NCBI GenBank assembly: GCA_977017575.1
Contig: CDRNVI010000055.1
Location: 124,001 to 188,000 of the forward strand
Source: Paramoeba atlantica
Lineage: Eukaryota > Protista > Discosea
Length of the DNA: 64,000 bases
Direction: 5' to 3'
The position numbers and the translations under genes were made by a program. The notes beneath the pieces are model-generated. The model saw only the letters and a program-made list of their open reading frames with translations. It was not told the DNA's origin and did no database searches. The first letter of the stretch is position 1. The number at the start of each line of letters is the position of its first letter. This document shows, in pieces, positions 9,087 through 19,130 of the stretch.

Positions 9087-10196
9087 TTGCTTAACCTGTT
9101 GGAAAAATTTGATGATCTCAGCGCAACCGTTAAAAAGCTTGGCGAGCAGCAGCTAGAACAAGGAAAAGCTATGGATGAGCGGTTACGTGGAATTGAAGCA
9201 AAGAAAATCGTGTCTTTTCGTACGAACGATTCAATTGGATCGCGGCCCCGATCTGATCAATCTAATCCCGCTGAAAGTACACAGCCGACTGAACGAAGAC
9301 TCCCAATTTCTCCTCTGTCTGATGAGATAATTAAACAACGCATTCAAGAGATATCAGATACATTGAAGCTTAATGAAGTGAAGGTAGAGATTTCCTGGTT
9401 TAATACTTCCCAAGGCCCACAGTCGATCGAAATCTGGCGCGGCGAACCTGAAGTACTGGAGGATGTGCACGGAAACCTTACCATGCAGATAGCTTACGAG
9501 AACGGAGCAATTCTTCCTTTACCGAATCAAGGGGTATCGTACACCCGCATTTCAATAACTCCACGAGTACAAGAGACAGAACCGAGTGTAGCAACAGAAA
9601 TATTTCGCATACATGACATTATGACGTGGAACATTTACTTTCAGTCTGCATCCGAGTTTGCGTCCCAAATGCTTCTACAACAGATCCAAGACGAATTAAA
9701 GCTTCCCATAAATCGACCTCAGCACATCGACGAAGCTTGGGAGGCCCTGAAGTTATACGTTCAAGACACCTTTCTTCGGGGTGGAATTGATGCAGTAAAG
9801 AATGCACCCCATGCCCAGAGAGGACAACAAGCGGTAGATCACCTCAGAATTCTCCTAGCCGAACTACGTGGAGGTGACGGACGTTACATCCGAACACAAT
9901 GTCGGATCGACAGAAACCCAAACGATAAACTCGGTAACACTATCGATAAGGCGCTCAATTTTTCGCGATCACGTACTACAAATCGTACTTATGGGTCGTA
10001 TCGAGGCCGAAATTTTAATTATAACACACGTGATGGGAAATACGCACCCAACAACAGTCAGTACGTTCCCCGCGGAAGAGGACAACACAATCATCCTAGC
10101 TATGAACGAGGTCAGTATAATCCATCATACAACCAGACGCAGGTACGAAGTCGATCGCAGGATTTCGATCGACGGGGGCCTGGCGGAAGCAAGTGA
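9087..10196 (+). CDS. Gag-like ORF of element #3 (start codon uncertain)
   Basis: 369-aa ORF immediately after A1, with an RG/Y-rich basic C-terminus homologous to the ORF at 42676..43089. The frame is open from 9000 but has no ATG there. Confidence 0.7.
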   Translation: MLNLLEKFDDLSATVKKLGEQQLEQGKAMDERLRGIEAKKIVSFRTNDSIGSRPRSDQSNPAESTQPTERRLPISPLSDEIIKQRIQEISDTLKLNEVKVEISWFNTSQGPQSIEIWRGEPEVLEDVHGNLTMQIAYENGAILPLPNQGVSYTRISITPRVQETEPSVATEIFRIHDIMTWNIYFQSASEFASQMLLQQIQDELKLPINRPQHIDEAWEALKLYVQDTFLRGGIDAVKNAPHAQRGQQAVDHLRILLAELRGGDGRYIRTQCRIDRNPNDKLGNTIDKALNFSRSRTTNRTYGSYRGRNFNYNTRDGKYAPNNSQYVPRGRGQHNHPSYERGQYNPSYNQTQVRSRSQDFDRRGPGGSK

Positions 10197-10271
10197 CTAA
10201 ATACAGTCCGCCCCCATGGGAAAAGCCAGTTAAAAAGCGGCATCACGCCGATAGTCAGTACAAAAGTAAGT

Positions 10272-11480
10272 ATGGAATCGGGTACATTCGTAATTCTCAA
10301 CAAACCGATTGCAAACATAAAGTCAGTAAAACCGAACCTAAGAAAGAATATTCTAGAAACAATGTGTTCGGTCAAGCGGCAGCGCCTAAATATCCGCCGA
10401 GCACAGGTACCTTTAAACGCACAAGAAACATGTCCACCAAAGCAATATATTTATGTTCCATTCAGCCATATGAGCGCGCAGTCGATGAATCGGAAAAGAT
10501 TGGAACAAAATGGGGAAAACAATCATCCAGCGAACGAAGCACCGCGAGTCTCGACGAGGCCCGCTGCAAAAAAATTTCTACCCAGCTCACGAATAAAGAG
10601 CAATCTAACAACATGGGAGGATCGTGCGGAGTTTCTCTTAAAGAATTTTCTAAGAGTACGAATACCAAGCACCAGGAAGGCACTCCTTCATATGTGGGCA
10701 CCAACGACGTGGACAACGAGACTAAGGTTAGTGAAGAATCTCGTCGAACAAACGGGAAAAATCGACGACGACAATATCGTCGCATATATTCGTTCCATGG
10801 CGGTTACGAACCAAACCCGGAGTGTATATCTTCGCCATTTAATTGCGATAGCCAGCAGCCTAAACATTCCTGCGACAAGATCGAAAATGTATTGCAAGGC
10901 ACTGAGCAGACAAGGGGCATCGGTCCCGATTCATCAAGCGGAGCCCATTACGCCAGAACAAATTCTGCGCATTACACCGATGATGTCCGCCGAGATGGCC
11001 GCAATCACGATTCTGGCTTACAAAACTGCCTCCCGACTGGGCGAAGTTGCCCTCCTCAAGAAAAGCGATTTTATCTTAGTAACTCCAACGCGAATAGTTC
11101 TATACTGGGGAAGGAAAATGAAAACCTCCAAAGCCGAACCGTATCGACCGGATTCTTTCGCCGTAATAGAGGGGGCCCGTACGACTCAACTGTACAAGTA
11201 TCTGACAGCACTTCACCCCAACGATCGGTTATCGAACATCACAACAAATCAAGTGACTCAATTCCTGCAGGAGCGACTGGGACCAAAGTACTCATCCCAC
11301 TCTCTGAAGCATGGTGCGGTCAACACATTAATGAAGAGGGTGGCAACGGAGGAAATAAATCTGGACACAGTAATGAAATTAACGAACCACAAGCATCTTC
11401 CGACATTGCTCCGATATGCCGGAATAAACGAAAGCACCGCAATGGCCCTAGGTACACAAAACGCAACTCGGCTTCTTTAG
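10272..11480 (+). CDS. Tyrosine recombinase of element #3 (intact)
   Basis: YKTASRLGE, KMKTSK, SSHSLKHGA, LTNHKHLPTLLRY. Confidence 0.9.
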   Translation: MESGTFVILNKPIANIKSVKPNLRKNILETMCSVKRQRLNIRRAQVPLNAQETCPPKQYIYVPFSHMSAQSMNRKRLEQNGENNHPANEAPRVSTRPAAKKFLPSSRIKSNLTTWEDRAEFLLKNFLRVRIPSTRKALLHMWAPTTWTTRLRLVKNLVEQTGKIDDDNIVAYIRSMAVTNQTRSVYLRHLIAIASSLNIPATRSKMYCKALSRQGASVPIHQAEPITPEQILRITPMMSAEMAAITILAYKTASRLGEVALLKKSDFILVTPTRIVLYWGRKMKTSKAEPYRPDSFAVIEGARTTQLYKYLTALHPNDRLSNITTNQVTQFLQERLGPKYSSHSLKHGAVNTLMKRVATEEINLDTVMKLTNHKHLPTLLRYAGINESTAMALGTQNATRLL

Positions 11481-12749
11481 GTGAATCCTTGGACAAAAAG
11501 CAAGTGCCATTTAATTTGGCGAACACAGTGTGGCAACATGATGACGATGACGCATTGTGGGCCCCTAGACGAACATTCACTCGTATTAGGCGAAAAACCC
11601 CAAAAACCTACGAAATCAGAAATGGAATACCCTTTACACACGGACTCTCTTAATACTATGGACATTGGGGCGGCACGGAAACTAATGAAACCACAAGTAC
11701 GCGACCGATTTGATGAAGTTCGGAAACTCATAAACGAACCCCCTGTTACGGAGTATCAACTTCCCGAAAGTCATGAATTTACGTTGAGTCGACAAGATGT
11801 GCAAACTTTAGTTAAAGATGGGATACTACAGAAAGTAACTGAAGATGAGTTATATCGTAATCCTACGAAGGGATGTATTAAACCATTTACAACGGTTGAG
11901 CACCGCACTCAAGGTCCGCGCCGTCGATTTATCTGTTGGCCTGAGCGTCAGAATGCTGCGGTACAAGAAGTCTACCAGCCCGATCTTAAAATTAACCAAC
12001 CGTCAACCTACATTCCACGAATACAGTATTCGGGGGCGGTGAAGCGTGATCTGAAGTGTGGCTTTTTTCAAATTGATATACCACTATACGCCCGACCGTT
12101 CTACCGGTTTAAATATGAAGGCACTGTCTATCAAATGTCCCGCATGCCCATGGGGCACATGTGCGCGCCTGAGCTTCAGCATATCTTAACATCTGTTTTA
12201 TCAGGACATCCGGATTTCGTGGCATCTCCTTATCCCCAGGAGGGTGTGCTGGATGTTTACCTGGATGGGTTTCGATGGTGCGGATCGCATCAAGAACGAA
12301 AGGAATACGAAGTTTGGGTCGAACGTCGAGCTAGTCGTCTCCGTGCTACTTTTAAGCAAACAGATTCCGTCAACGCGAATCAGTATGAATTTCTGGGTGT
12401 CCAGTATGATCACGTGGCCAAGCGTTTCAAACTTACTGATCGATTTATGAAGAAGGTGCCCGATGACATACCCAACCAGTTACGTTATCACGAGTTAGAG
12501 AGCCTTACGGCACGGTTTATATATATGCCAGTGGTATACTTCGAGTAAACCTGCCTCAATATTATTGGGCGATAAAATACGCTCGTCGACAGATTTCGCG
12601 GTTAAACAAACGACTTATAGCTGACGAGACAATTAATTCTCCTCCCCCCTGTGTCACTTATCAATTTCAAAAGTGGATAAAGCTTGTAAAGCAGAATTCG
12701 TGGGTATTTTATAGACCGATACCGGAAGACACGCCGGCCGAAATATTTA

Positions 12750-15700
12750 CCATAGTCTAACTAGTATACTAGTATATACTAAAACACTAGTATTCGGCTA
12801 GTATATACTATGAGATACTACTTTTTTGTAGACTGGGTATTTACTAATCGTAATCAACGGACGCATGGAAAACCTCAAGCAATTCAACGTTCAAGACAAA
12901 GGAAGCAGGAGAATATGCTGAATGCTTCATTCTCCAACAGTTACTTAACAAATCAACCAATAAACTTCCTTAAAAATCAGGAATTGATTTGGTTTACCAC
13001 AGCGCAGATGCGCACAGAGAGGTGAAAGGATGCTTATCCTGAGCGAAAGTTGAGTCGAGTGCTTGAAAAAGTGAGTTGAGGGGTGAAAGGAGCTCAGATC
13101 TCGCATTCCGCGCACAAACGCTTCCTCACATATTTTTCATTGGTATATGATGTAAGAAAAGAAACAGATCAAGAGCGTGTAGCACGAATATACGAATAAA
13201 ATTAATATATGGTAGTGTAATAAAAAATACTAAACGTGGCTATTTTCATCAATGCATAAATATTTATTTATATGTTATTCTGAATTGATAAAGATACCTG
13301 AAGGAATACTTCAAGGACTTACACGACACTGAGTTAAACCACAGAATCCAGTGCCGACGTCAATACATAGTGCGTAATAGTACAATAAATCGTTGCTGTG
13401 GACTAAAAAAATATTTCGCTTGTTGAACACTGAGAAAAAAACCAGAGAAAAATATCTCAGATACGGAGAAGAAATACCACAAAACGGAGCTCTGGACGTA
13501 CGAATATTATCGCAATATTACCACATATTCTATTTACCGCAATTCAATTGATATTTACCGCAATGTATACCCTGTATGCTACGATACTCTATATGTATGA
13601 TACTCTGTGCGCCATGTAGTTCGATATTATTTAATATGGAGTGTTCCGTGTCAGATCCACGCTTTGCCGCCTTTTTTGCACGACTTGTACGATACGGTAG
13701 CGAGTTCTCGTTTCCGCGAAGAAACATTTGTGTCGCTACAACATCTGTTCCAATGCGAGCTTGACGGGCACAATATTTCCAGGAAAGCACCGAAAGGATA
13801 GAGTCACATGCCGTCACTAGCGGAGGAAGCCATAGGTAATGCAATGCAGCTTCAAAAATTGTCGGAAAATGTTTCAACCCAAGTGTTTGCCACCACTCAA
13901 GATCGCTCATGCCGGGTGTCCACTGGTAATCGTCGCAGTTTACGTACGTACTCCATTCCTCAATAGTAGTGTCGAAAATCGGGTCGCCAGTTCCCAACAA
14001 ATCATTTACCCGTTCCACTGAAAGGGATTCCTTCTTGCGAGGTCGAGCGGATAAGACGACCCACTCAGACGAAAACCACATCACAGCTGCCCATACCTTC
14101 ATCTCGTGGTTTGAGCATACTCTATTGACGTGCCGATGTATCGACTCTAAGAAATGCCTGAGTGAATTCTCAGCAGACTCGACAAGCTGTCGCAAAGTTG
14201 GATGAACAAGAGTTGCCATAGGACGATCCTGCATGTCAGAGAATTTTTCTTGTGCGATGCGTAACGGCATACAGTCTTTCAGGAAATCCTTCGCAGTCTG
14301 CATCAAGTCGTTCAAAGAGTTGTTTTCGAACAAATCAGCCAAATGGTGGACAGATTGAGGGGCTCGCAGAGTTTCCAGTTCACTTTTTATGAAGGATGCG
14401 ACAGTAGGCAACTGATCAGCCAAAAACCTCATGCTTTCGAATTTATCCGCGAGCCATCGCGTGACCCCGCCAAGTTTGGGAGAAGTGACGGCTCGAATTT
14501 CATGAGAATGTGCAATGGATTTCACCACACTAGCACCTTTCGCAATTAGAATCTCACATTGGTCTTCTATTTCCAGAGTTTGATTCAGTTCGGCAAACAC
14601 ATCGCGTGCCTTTAAAGATACTTTCGAGAGAGTTTGCAATGCTTCCTTGAGATGAGCTATGGTGTCCCTGCGACCCCTCTTGTCAAGTTTTTCGCTGTTC
14701 ACAGAACGATAAAGAGATTTAAAGTACGATTCAGCTTTTTGAGTCTCTTCGTCAAAGGCGCTTAATATATCTTCAAGAGCTTTTCCGAAATACTTCCCCT
14801 TCTTTGCCCCCACACGGTCCCCTGCATAGAAAATCCTGGAGAAGTATGTTCTTACTTTCACAATTGGCAGATTTGCGTAGTGCTGCATTGCATCTTTGGC
14901 CATATTATGAAACAAGTGTCCGAAGCATGGTAATAGCGCGACACGTGGACAGTGCTTCGTCACGCCAATTACAATGTTCTCCCGGTCCGTGCTTCCGATA
15001 GAGCTGAGGCGCGAGTAAAATTCTTCCTCTGCGGAAACAAGAGAGTCACGAATGCCTAACATAGTGGTTTCTATTTCCTGCCTAGCCACATTATTTACTG
15101 GGGCTCCGTCTGCCATTATGAATCGCAACTTTAGGAGTCGGCTCTCGGAGAGGCATGACCGAAGTACTTCTATCAGGGATTGTGCCATCTCGCTACCGTT
15201 AAATGATTTGTGCTTAGGGTGGTAGATAGGTGGGAGAATAAAGTGGCGATCCACAACATACAAAATGGCGATAAGTACATGTTCGCTAAGAACCCTGTCA
15301 ACTTCACCGTCGATGGCGAGGCCAAAGAATTTAGCTCCATCTATGGTTCGTCGAATGTCTTCCCAGATCATGTCGGCAATTCGACGTTCACTCATATGAA
15401 ATTCGCGAGGAGAAGGAAGGATCGATGCAGCTTCTGAAGGATGTATGTCGGGGGGAAATTCTTGAAATAAGTTCTTTACGCACTCGAGGAATCCTTCGGT
15501 AGAAAGATTGCTCTGAGCTGCGAAACATGGGAGAGCTTCGGAGATGTACTCCTCTAGCGACTTGGGATTTGCAACTTCACTGGAGTCTTCCATCCCCTGC
15601 TGCGCCTTCGAGCTTTCTTGTGTTTTCGGGGGTGGGGGTTGAAGGTGCGCTTTCCGAGTTCTTTGAACGTTGCGTCATTTAAAACAGTGAGTGACAAGGT

Positions 15701-15908
15701 GATTAAAGGAAGTGATAAGGTGTAAACAAAAAGGCTGAGCAATACTTGTGTACCAGTCCTAAATGTCGCAATAAAGACAAATCTTTCCATTCATATACAG
15801 GGAAAAACTACATTTCTATAGACACTTAATAAGATTATAGACACCTTCGAAAAGTAGTATCTCATAGTATATACTATAGTATATACTAAAATACTAGTTA
15901 GACTATGG
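12750..15908 (-). mobile_element. hAT-like DNA transposon (3159 bp) with terminal inverted repeats
   Basis: Perfect 18-bp TIR CCATAGTCTAACTAGTAT, extending imperfectly through TAGTATATACTATGAGATACTACTTT; TTTA duplicated at 12746-12749 and 15909-15912; internal transposase ORF. Confidence 0.9.
13530..15593 (-). CDS. hAT-superfamily-like DDE transposase
   Basis: FGLAIDG (D1), FIMADGAPVN (D2), CFGH (CxxH), VTRW, and a C-terminal WW..L..KHFPTIFEAA...LPPLVTACDSILS dimerisation-like region. Confidence 0.8.
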   Translation of the reverse strand: MEDSSEVANPKSLEEYISEALPCFAAQSNLSTEGFLECVKNLFQEFPPDIHPSEAASILPSPREFHMSERRIADMIWEDIRRTIDGAKFFGLAIDGEVDRVLSEHVLIAILYVVDRHFILPPIYHPKHKSFNGSEMAQSLIEVLRSCLSESRLLKLRFIMADGAPVNNVARQEIETTMLGIRDSLVSAEEEFYSRLSSIGSTDRENIVIGVTKHCPRVALLPCFGHLFHNMAKDAMQHYANLPIVKVRTYFSRIFYAGDRVGAKKGKYFGKALEDILSAFDEETQKAESYFKSLYRSVNSEKLDKRGRRDTIAHLKEALQTLSKVSLKARDVFAELNQTLEIEDQCEILIAKGASVVKSIAHSHEIRAVTSPKLGGVTRWLADKFESMRFLADQLPTVASFIKSELETLRAPQSVHHLADLFENNSLNDLMQTAKDFLKDCMPLRIAQEKFSDMQDRPMATLVHPTLRQLVESAENSLRHFLESIHRHVNRVCSNHEMKVWAAVMWFSSEWVVLSARPRKKESLSVERVNDLLGTGDPIFDTTIEEWSTYVNCDDYQWTPGMSDLEWWQTLGLKHFPTIFEAALHYLWLPPLVTACDSILSVLSWKYCARQARIGTDVVATQMFLRGNENSLPYRTSRAKKAAKRGSDTEHSILNNIELHGAQSIIHIEYRSIQGIHCGKYQLNCGK

Positions 15909-16506
15909 TTTACTGACGCATCTATGCAAGGGTGGGGTGCAGTCCTCAATCTTCCCACAGGAGAAGTTTACGCGACAGGAGCACCATGGATAAACCAAAT
16001 GGAAATAAATGCTGGTGAAGCCATTGCGGTGGAACGAGCATTAAATTTATTTCAACATCACTGGCAAAAGTTTAAAAACATCCACCTGCGCATCGACAAC
16101 ACAAGTGTTTTAGCCGCATTACGGAAAAAATGGAGCGACTCCGAAGGAATATCAAGTACATTGAAGCGCCTTATAGAATTTCAAGACCACAACAAGGTAA
16201 ACATAACGCAGTCATACGTGCGAAGCAGAGAGAACTTGGCTGATAGCTGGAGCAGAGAGTTCTACTAAAGTTATATTAGTTTGCATTTCATCTAAAATTG
16301 GTTTTTGATTAATTGTGAGCTGACTATATGATTAGTTTTAAGACATTACTCCATAGATCGGGGGCCGCCGAAATATGGGGAATAGAACGAAAGATGATAC
16401 TTGGGTGCGGATTTTCTTTAAAAAATAATAATATCGAAATTATTATACCTACCAGTATAGTTTTCTTTTCTTTGTCAACGTGCGAAAGGGATATATACTT
16501 GCGATT

Positions 16507-17108
16507 GGGCCGAAACTAACGAGGACGAATACGAGGATAAAGCCCAAGCTTGAGTATATAGTTAGTGAGAAACTTTCATTGTTTTTGACTATATCATAGA
16601 AGGGCCCATAAATATACCTTTACTAATATACATGAGCTTGTAAAATATGTAAGCACGATATAGTAGCGGGAGATAATCTTTACTATACTGCATAGGAATT
16701 ATTCTATACGATTACCGCCCCATGTATGCATTCCGAGAGAATTATGTAAACTTGTGTTAGTAATTATACTCGGAAAGTCAGGTAATCGTTCAGTTCAAAG
16801 ATATGATTTTATTGAACATTAGAAACCATTTCCATAAGTTAAAAGTTTTCCCACCCACCCACCCACCCAGGGCCGAAACTAACGAGGACGAATACGAGGA
16901 TAAAGCCCAAGCGTGAGTATATAGTTAGTGAGAAACTTTCATTGTTTTTGATTATATCATAGAAGGGCCCATAAATATACCTTTACTAATATACATGAGC
17001 TTATAAAATATGTAAGCACGATATAGTAGCGGGAGATAATCTTTACTATACTGCATAGGAATTATTCTATACGATTACCGCCCCATGTATGCATTCCGAG
17101 AGAATTAT
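16507..17108 (+). repeat. B1-A2-linker-B2 block of element #3
   Basis: B copies (~239 bp) are near-identical; A2 (~104 bp) matches A1 at 8907-9010. Confidence 0.92.
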
Positions 17109-17239
17109 AAACGTACAAAAGGGAAGGGACAACCCTTTGTTCGTTTACAACAGACATTATAATGCTTTTTTATTATTAGCAAAATCGACATCGAACTGGC
17201 GTGCGGGATAAAAATTGTATAAGACTTGCGATCGGGTGG

Positions 17240-17882
17240 TCGCCGCCGAGGCTACCCGTTCGCTAGAGAATATGCAGTTCGATGGAAATATTGTTAATGG
17301 GGTACCCCTTTTTGATTTTAGCATAAGACGCATGTTTTTGCAGAAAAGTGATGATATACTCAGAAGAGATCATAGCAATTTTATCGTACACAAAACAAAC
17401 TTGAAGACATTTAGTTTATTTAGTTTTACGTATTTTAGAGAATATGATCGACGCAGCGAAATTCTTGAAGTCTACGGAAAGAATTTTTCTAGAAGATTAT
17501 ATAGGTTATTGAGATGATTTTATAGCATAGTGATTGTATTTCATATGTTCAAGTTGATATGTAGAATATTGGTTCATACGTTTTCATCTGTGCGTATAGA
17601 TTTTATTCTCGCTTTACGAACAAAAAAGAAAGCCCACCCACCATCCCCCATCCACTCGCCGCCGAGGCTACCCGTTCGCTAGAGAATATGCAGTTCGATG
17701 GAAATATTGTTAATGGGGTACCCCTTTTTGATTTTAGCATAAGACGCATGTTTTTGCAGAAAAGTGATGATATACTCAGAAGAGATCATAGCAATTTTAT
17801 CGTACACAAAACAAACTTGAAGACATTTAGTTTATTTAGTTTTACGTATTTTAGAGAATATGATCGACGAAGCGAAATTCTT
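17240..17882 (+). repeat. B1-A2-linker-B2 (truncated) block of element #2
   Basis: 17240-17466 is repeated at 17656-17882; A2 at 17598-17631; linker GCCCACCCACCATCCCCCATCCAC at 17632-17655. Confidence 0.88.
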
Positions 17883-19130
17883 TTGAGTCTGTTGATGGGG
17901 GTAAGCAGGATTACTCCCGAGGTACGCGTGGCATTGGACGCGATGTCCGGAATGTGGAGCTCGTCGACGTGGGAAACACGAGCAAGGTTGTGGGAAAGGT
18001 TCCTGGTATATTGCACCGGGAATCATATAAGACAGACACCCCTTCACGCAGTGACGTTCGTGCAACTTCTGCCAGTGTCAATACAAACCAAGGTGTCCTA
18101 CGGAAGGGCGCTAATGACCTTATTCAACCTGATCGGATTAAATACTGTCCCAATAAAATTCTTTTGCAAAGCTCTTCAGGGACAAGGAGCAGAGGAGCCA
18201 GTACATCAGATGCAGCCGTTGACACCATTCCTACTGAACAAGATACGAAGAAGGTGCACCCAATCCGAAAGTCAAACATTGCTAATGTGCTGGAAGGCAG
18301 CATCCCGTTGGTCCGAAACCGCCAATTTGACCAAGGACAAATTCGTGGAAATATCACCGCAAAAGATTGTAATTGCTTGGGGAAGGGGGACAAAGGCTAC
18401 AAGGTGCAACCCGTGGCGCGAATCGATGTACACAGTCATCCAGGGCCAGGGCACAATCGAATTGGCTCAATACGTACGTACGCTCAGGTCATGGGATCGA
18501 ATGTGCCGGACAAATGTGAGAGAGATGGACAGGAATATAAAGAGGGTGCTGGGAGAGGGTTTCGGCACACATTCCGCCAAGAGAGGGGCGGTAACGCAAT
18601 TATTCCAGGAAGTTGTCAAGGGGACAGTGGGAATCGAAGATGTGAAAAAATTAGCGAAGCACCAGCAAATCGAGTCCCTGTTGCGTTACAATTCAAACCC
18701 AGTTACCACCGCCAGTTACCACCGAGACATTGCAGCGTGAGAATGACACCGCCCGGTACCGGATATAACAAGGTACTAAGGAACTAGGGTGGGTGTCATT
18801 CAGCATAATCTTTGGAATGTGTTGTGTTTTTTCACTTCAAAAGAAGTGTTTTTTTAAGAAGAAGATAATAGAATAAAGAATATTTTCTTGTAGCATATAA
18901 AAGGAGTTAAAAAAGATAAGCTGGCTGCTCGCGCTCGATCTGGTCAAATCTTCGGATTTGACTTGCGTGCTGCGTGGCACAGCTCCTAGCAAGCGATAAG
19001 GGGGGGCTTGTCCTAGGGAGGTAACATCTCCTCGGAGATATATTGCCTAAAAATCATCAAATCATCATCAGTTACCACCGCGCTAGCTCTAGGAACGGGG
19101 AAGGCGACAGCCAAACTGAGGACGCTTTAG
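17883..19130 (+). pseudogene. Tyrosine recombinase of element #4, interrupted near its C-terminus
   Basis: WKAASRWSE, GTHSAKRGA, LAKHQQIESLLRY; after the insert it continues PVTTALALGT and stops at 19128-19130. Confidence 0.82.
18725..19068 (+). mobile_element. Short non-coding retroposon (SINE-like or LINE 3' end) with an (ATC)n tail
   Basis: 13-bp TSD CAGTTACCACCGC at 18700-18712 and 19069-19081; tail AAATCATCAAATCATCAT; homologous to the 3' part of 59617-60111. Confidence 0.85.

Larger units (their letters stand above)
10193..16268 (+). pseudogene. RT-RNase H of element #3 (frameshifts near 11600 and 12525; RNase H split by the hAT insertion)
   Basis: KRDLKCGFFQ, MPMGHMCAPE, DVYLDG. Removing 12750-15912 restores PAEIFTDASMQGWG...RIDNTS...NLADSWSR. 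Confidence 0.88.
8909..17112 (+). mobile_element. YR retrotransposon #3 (family B), both ends present, with A1...B1-A2-linker-B2 repeats
   Basis: A1 8907-9010 = A2 16745-16848; B1 16507-16745 = B2 16870-17108; linker (CCCA)4 at 16849-16869; TAAAC core at both junctions (8909-8913 and 17108-17112). Confidence 0.92.
2886..17882 (+). mobile_element. YR retrotransposon #2 (family A) carrying nested RTE-like, YR family B and hAT insertions
   Basis: A1 repeat AGATTTTATTCTCGCTTTACGAACAAAAAAGAAA at 2886-2919 recurs as A2 at 17598-17631, between B1 (17240-17597) and a truncated B2 (17656-17882). Removing the nested inserts restores gag, YR and RT-RH. Confidence 0.85.

Noticed and set aside
16507-17882. 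CRISPR-like or satellite array
   Set aside because: Only pairs of long repeats, fully explained as split direct repeats; no repeat-spacer periodicity.
17215-17882. ORFs 17215..17517 and the N-terminus of 17688..18740 as genes
   Set aside because: They read through the non-coding B repeat; real YR homology starts at ~17883.
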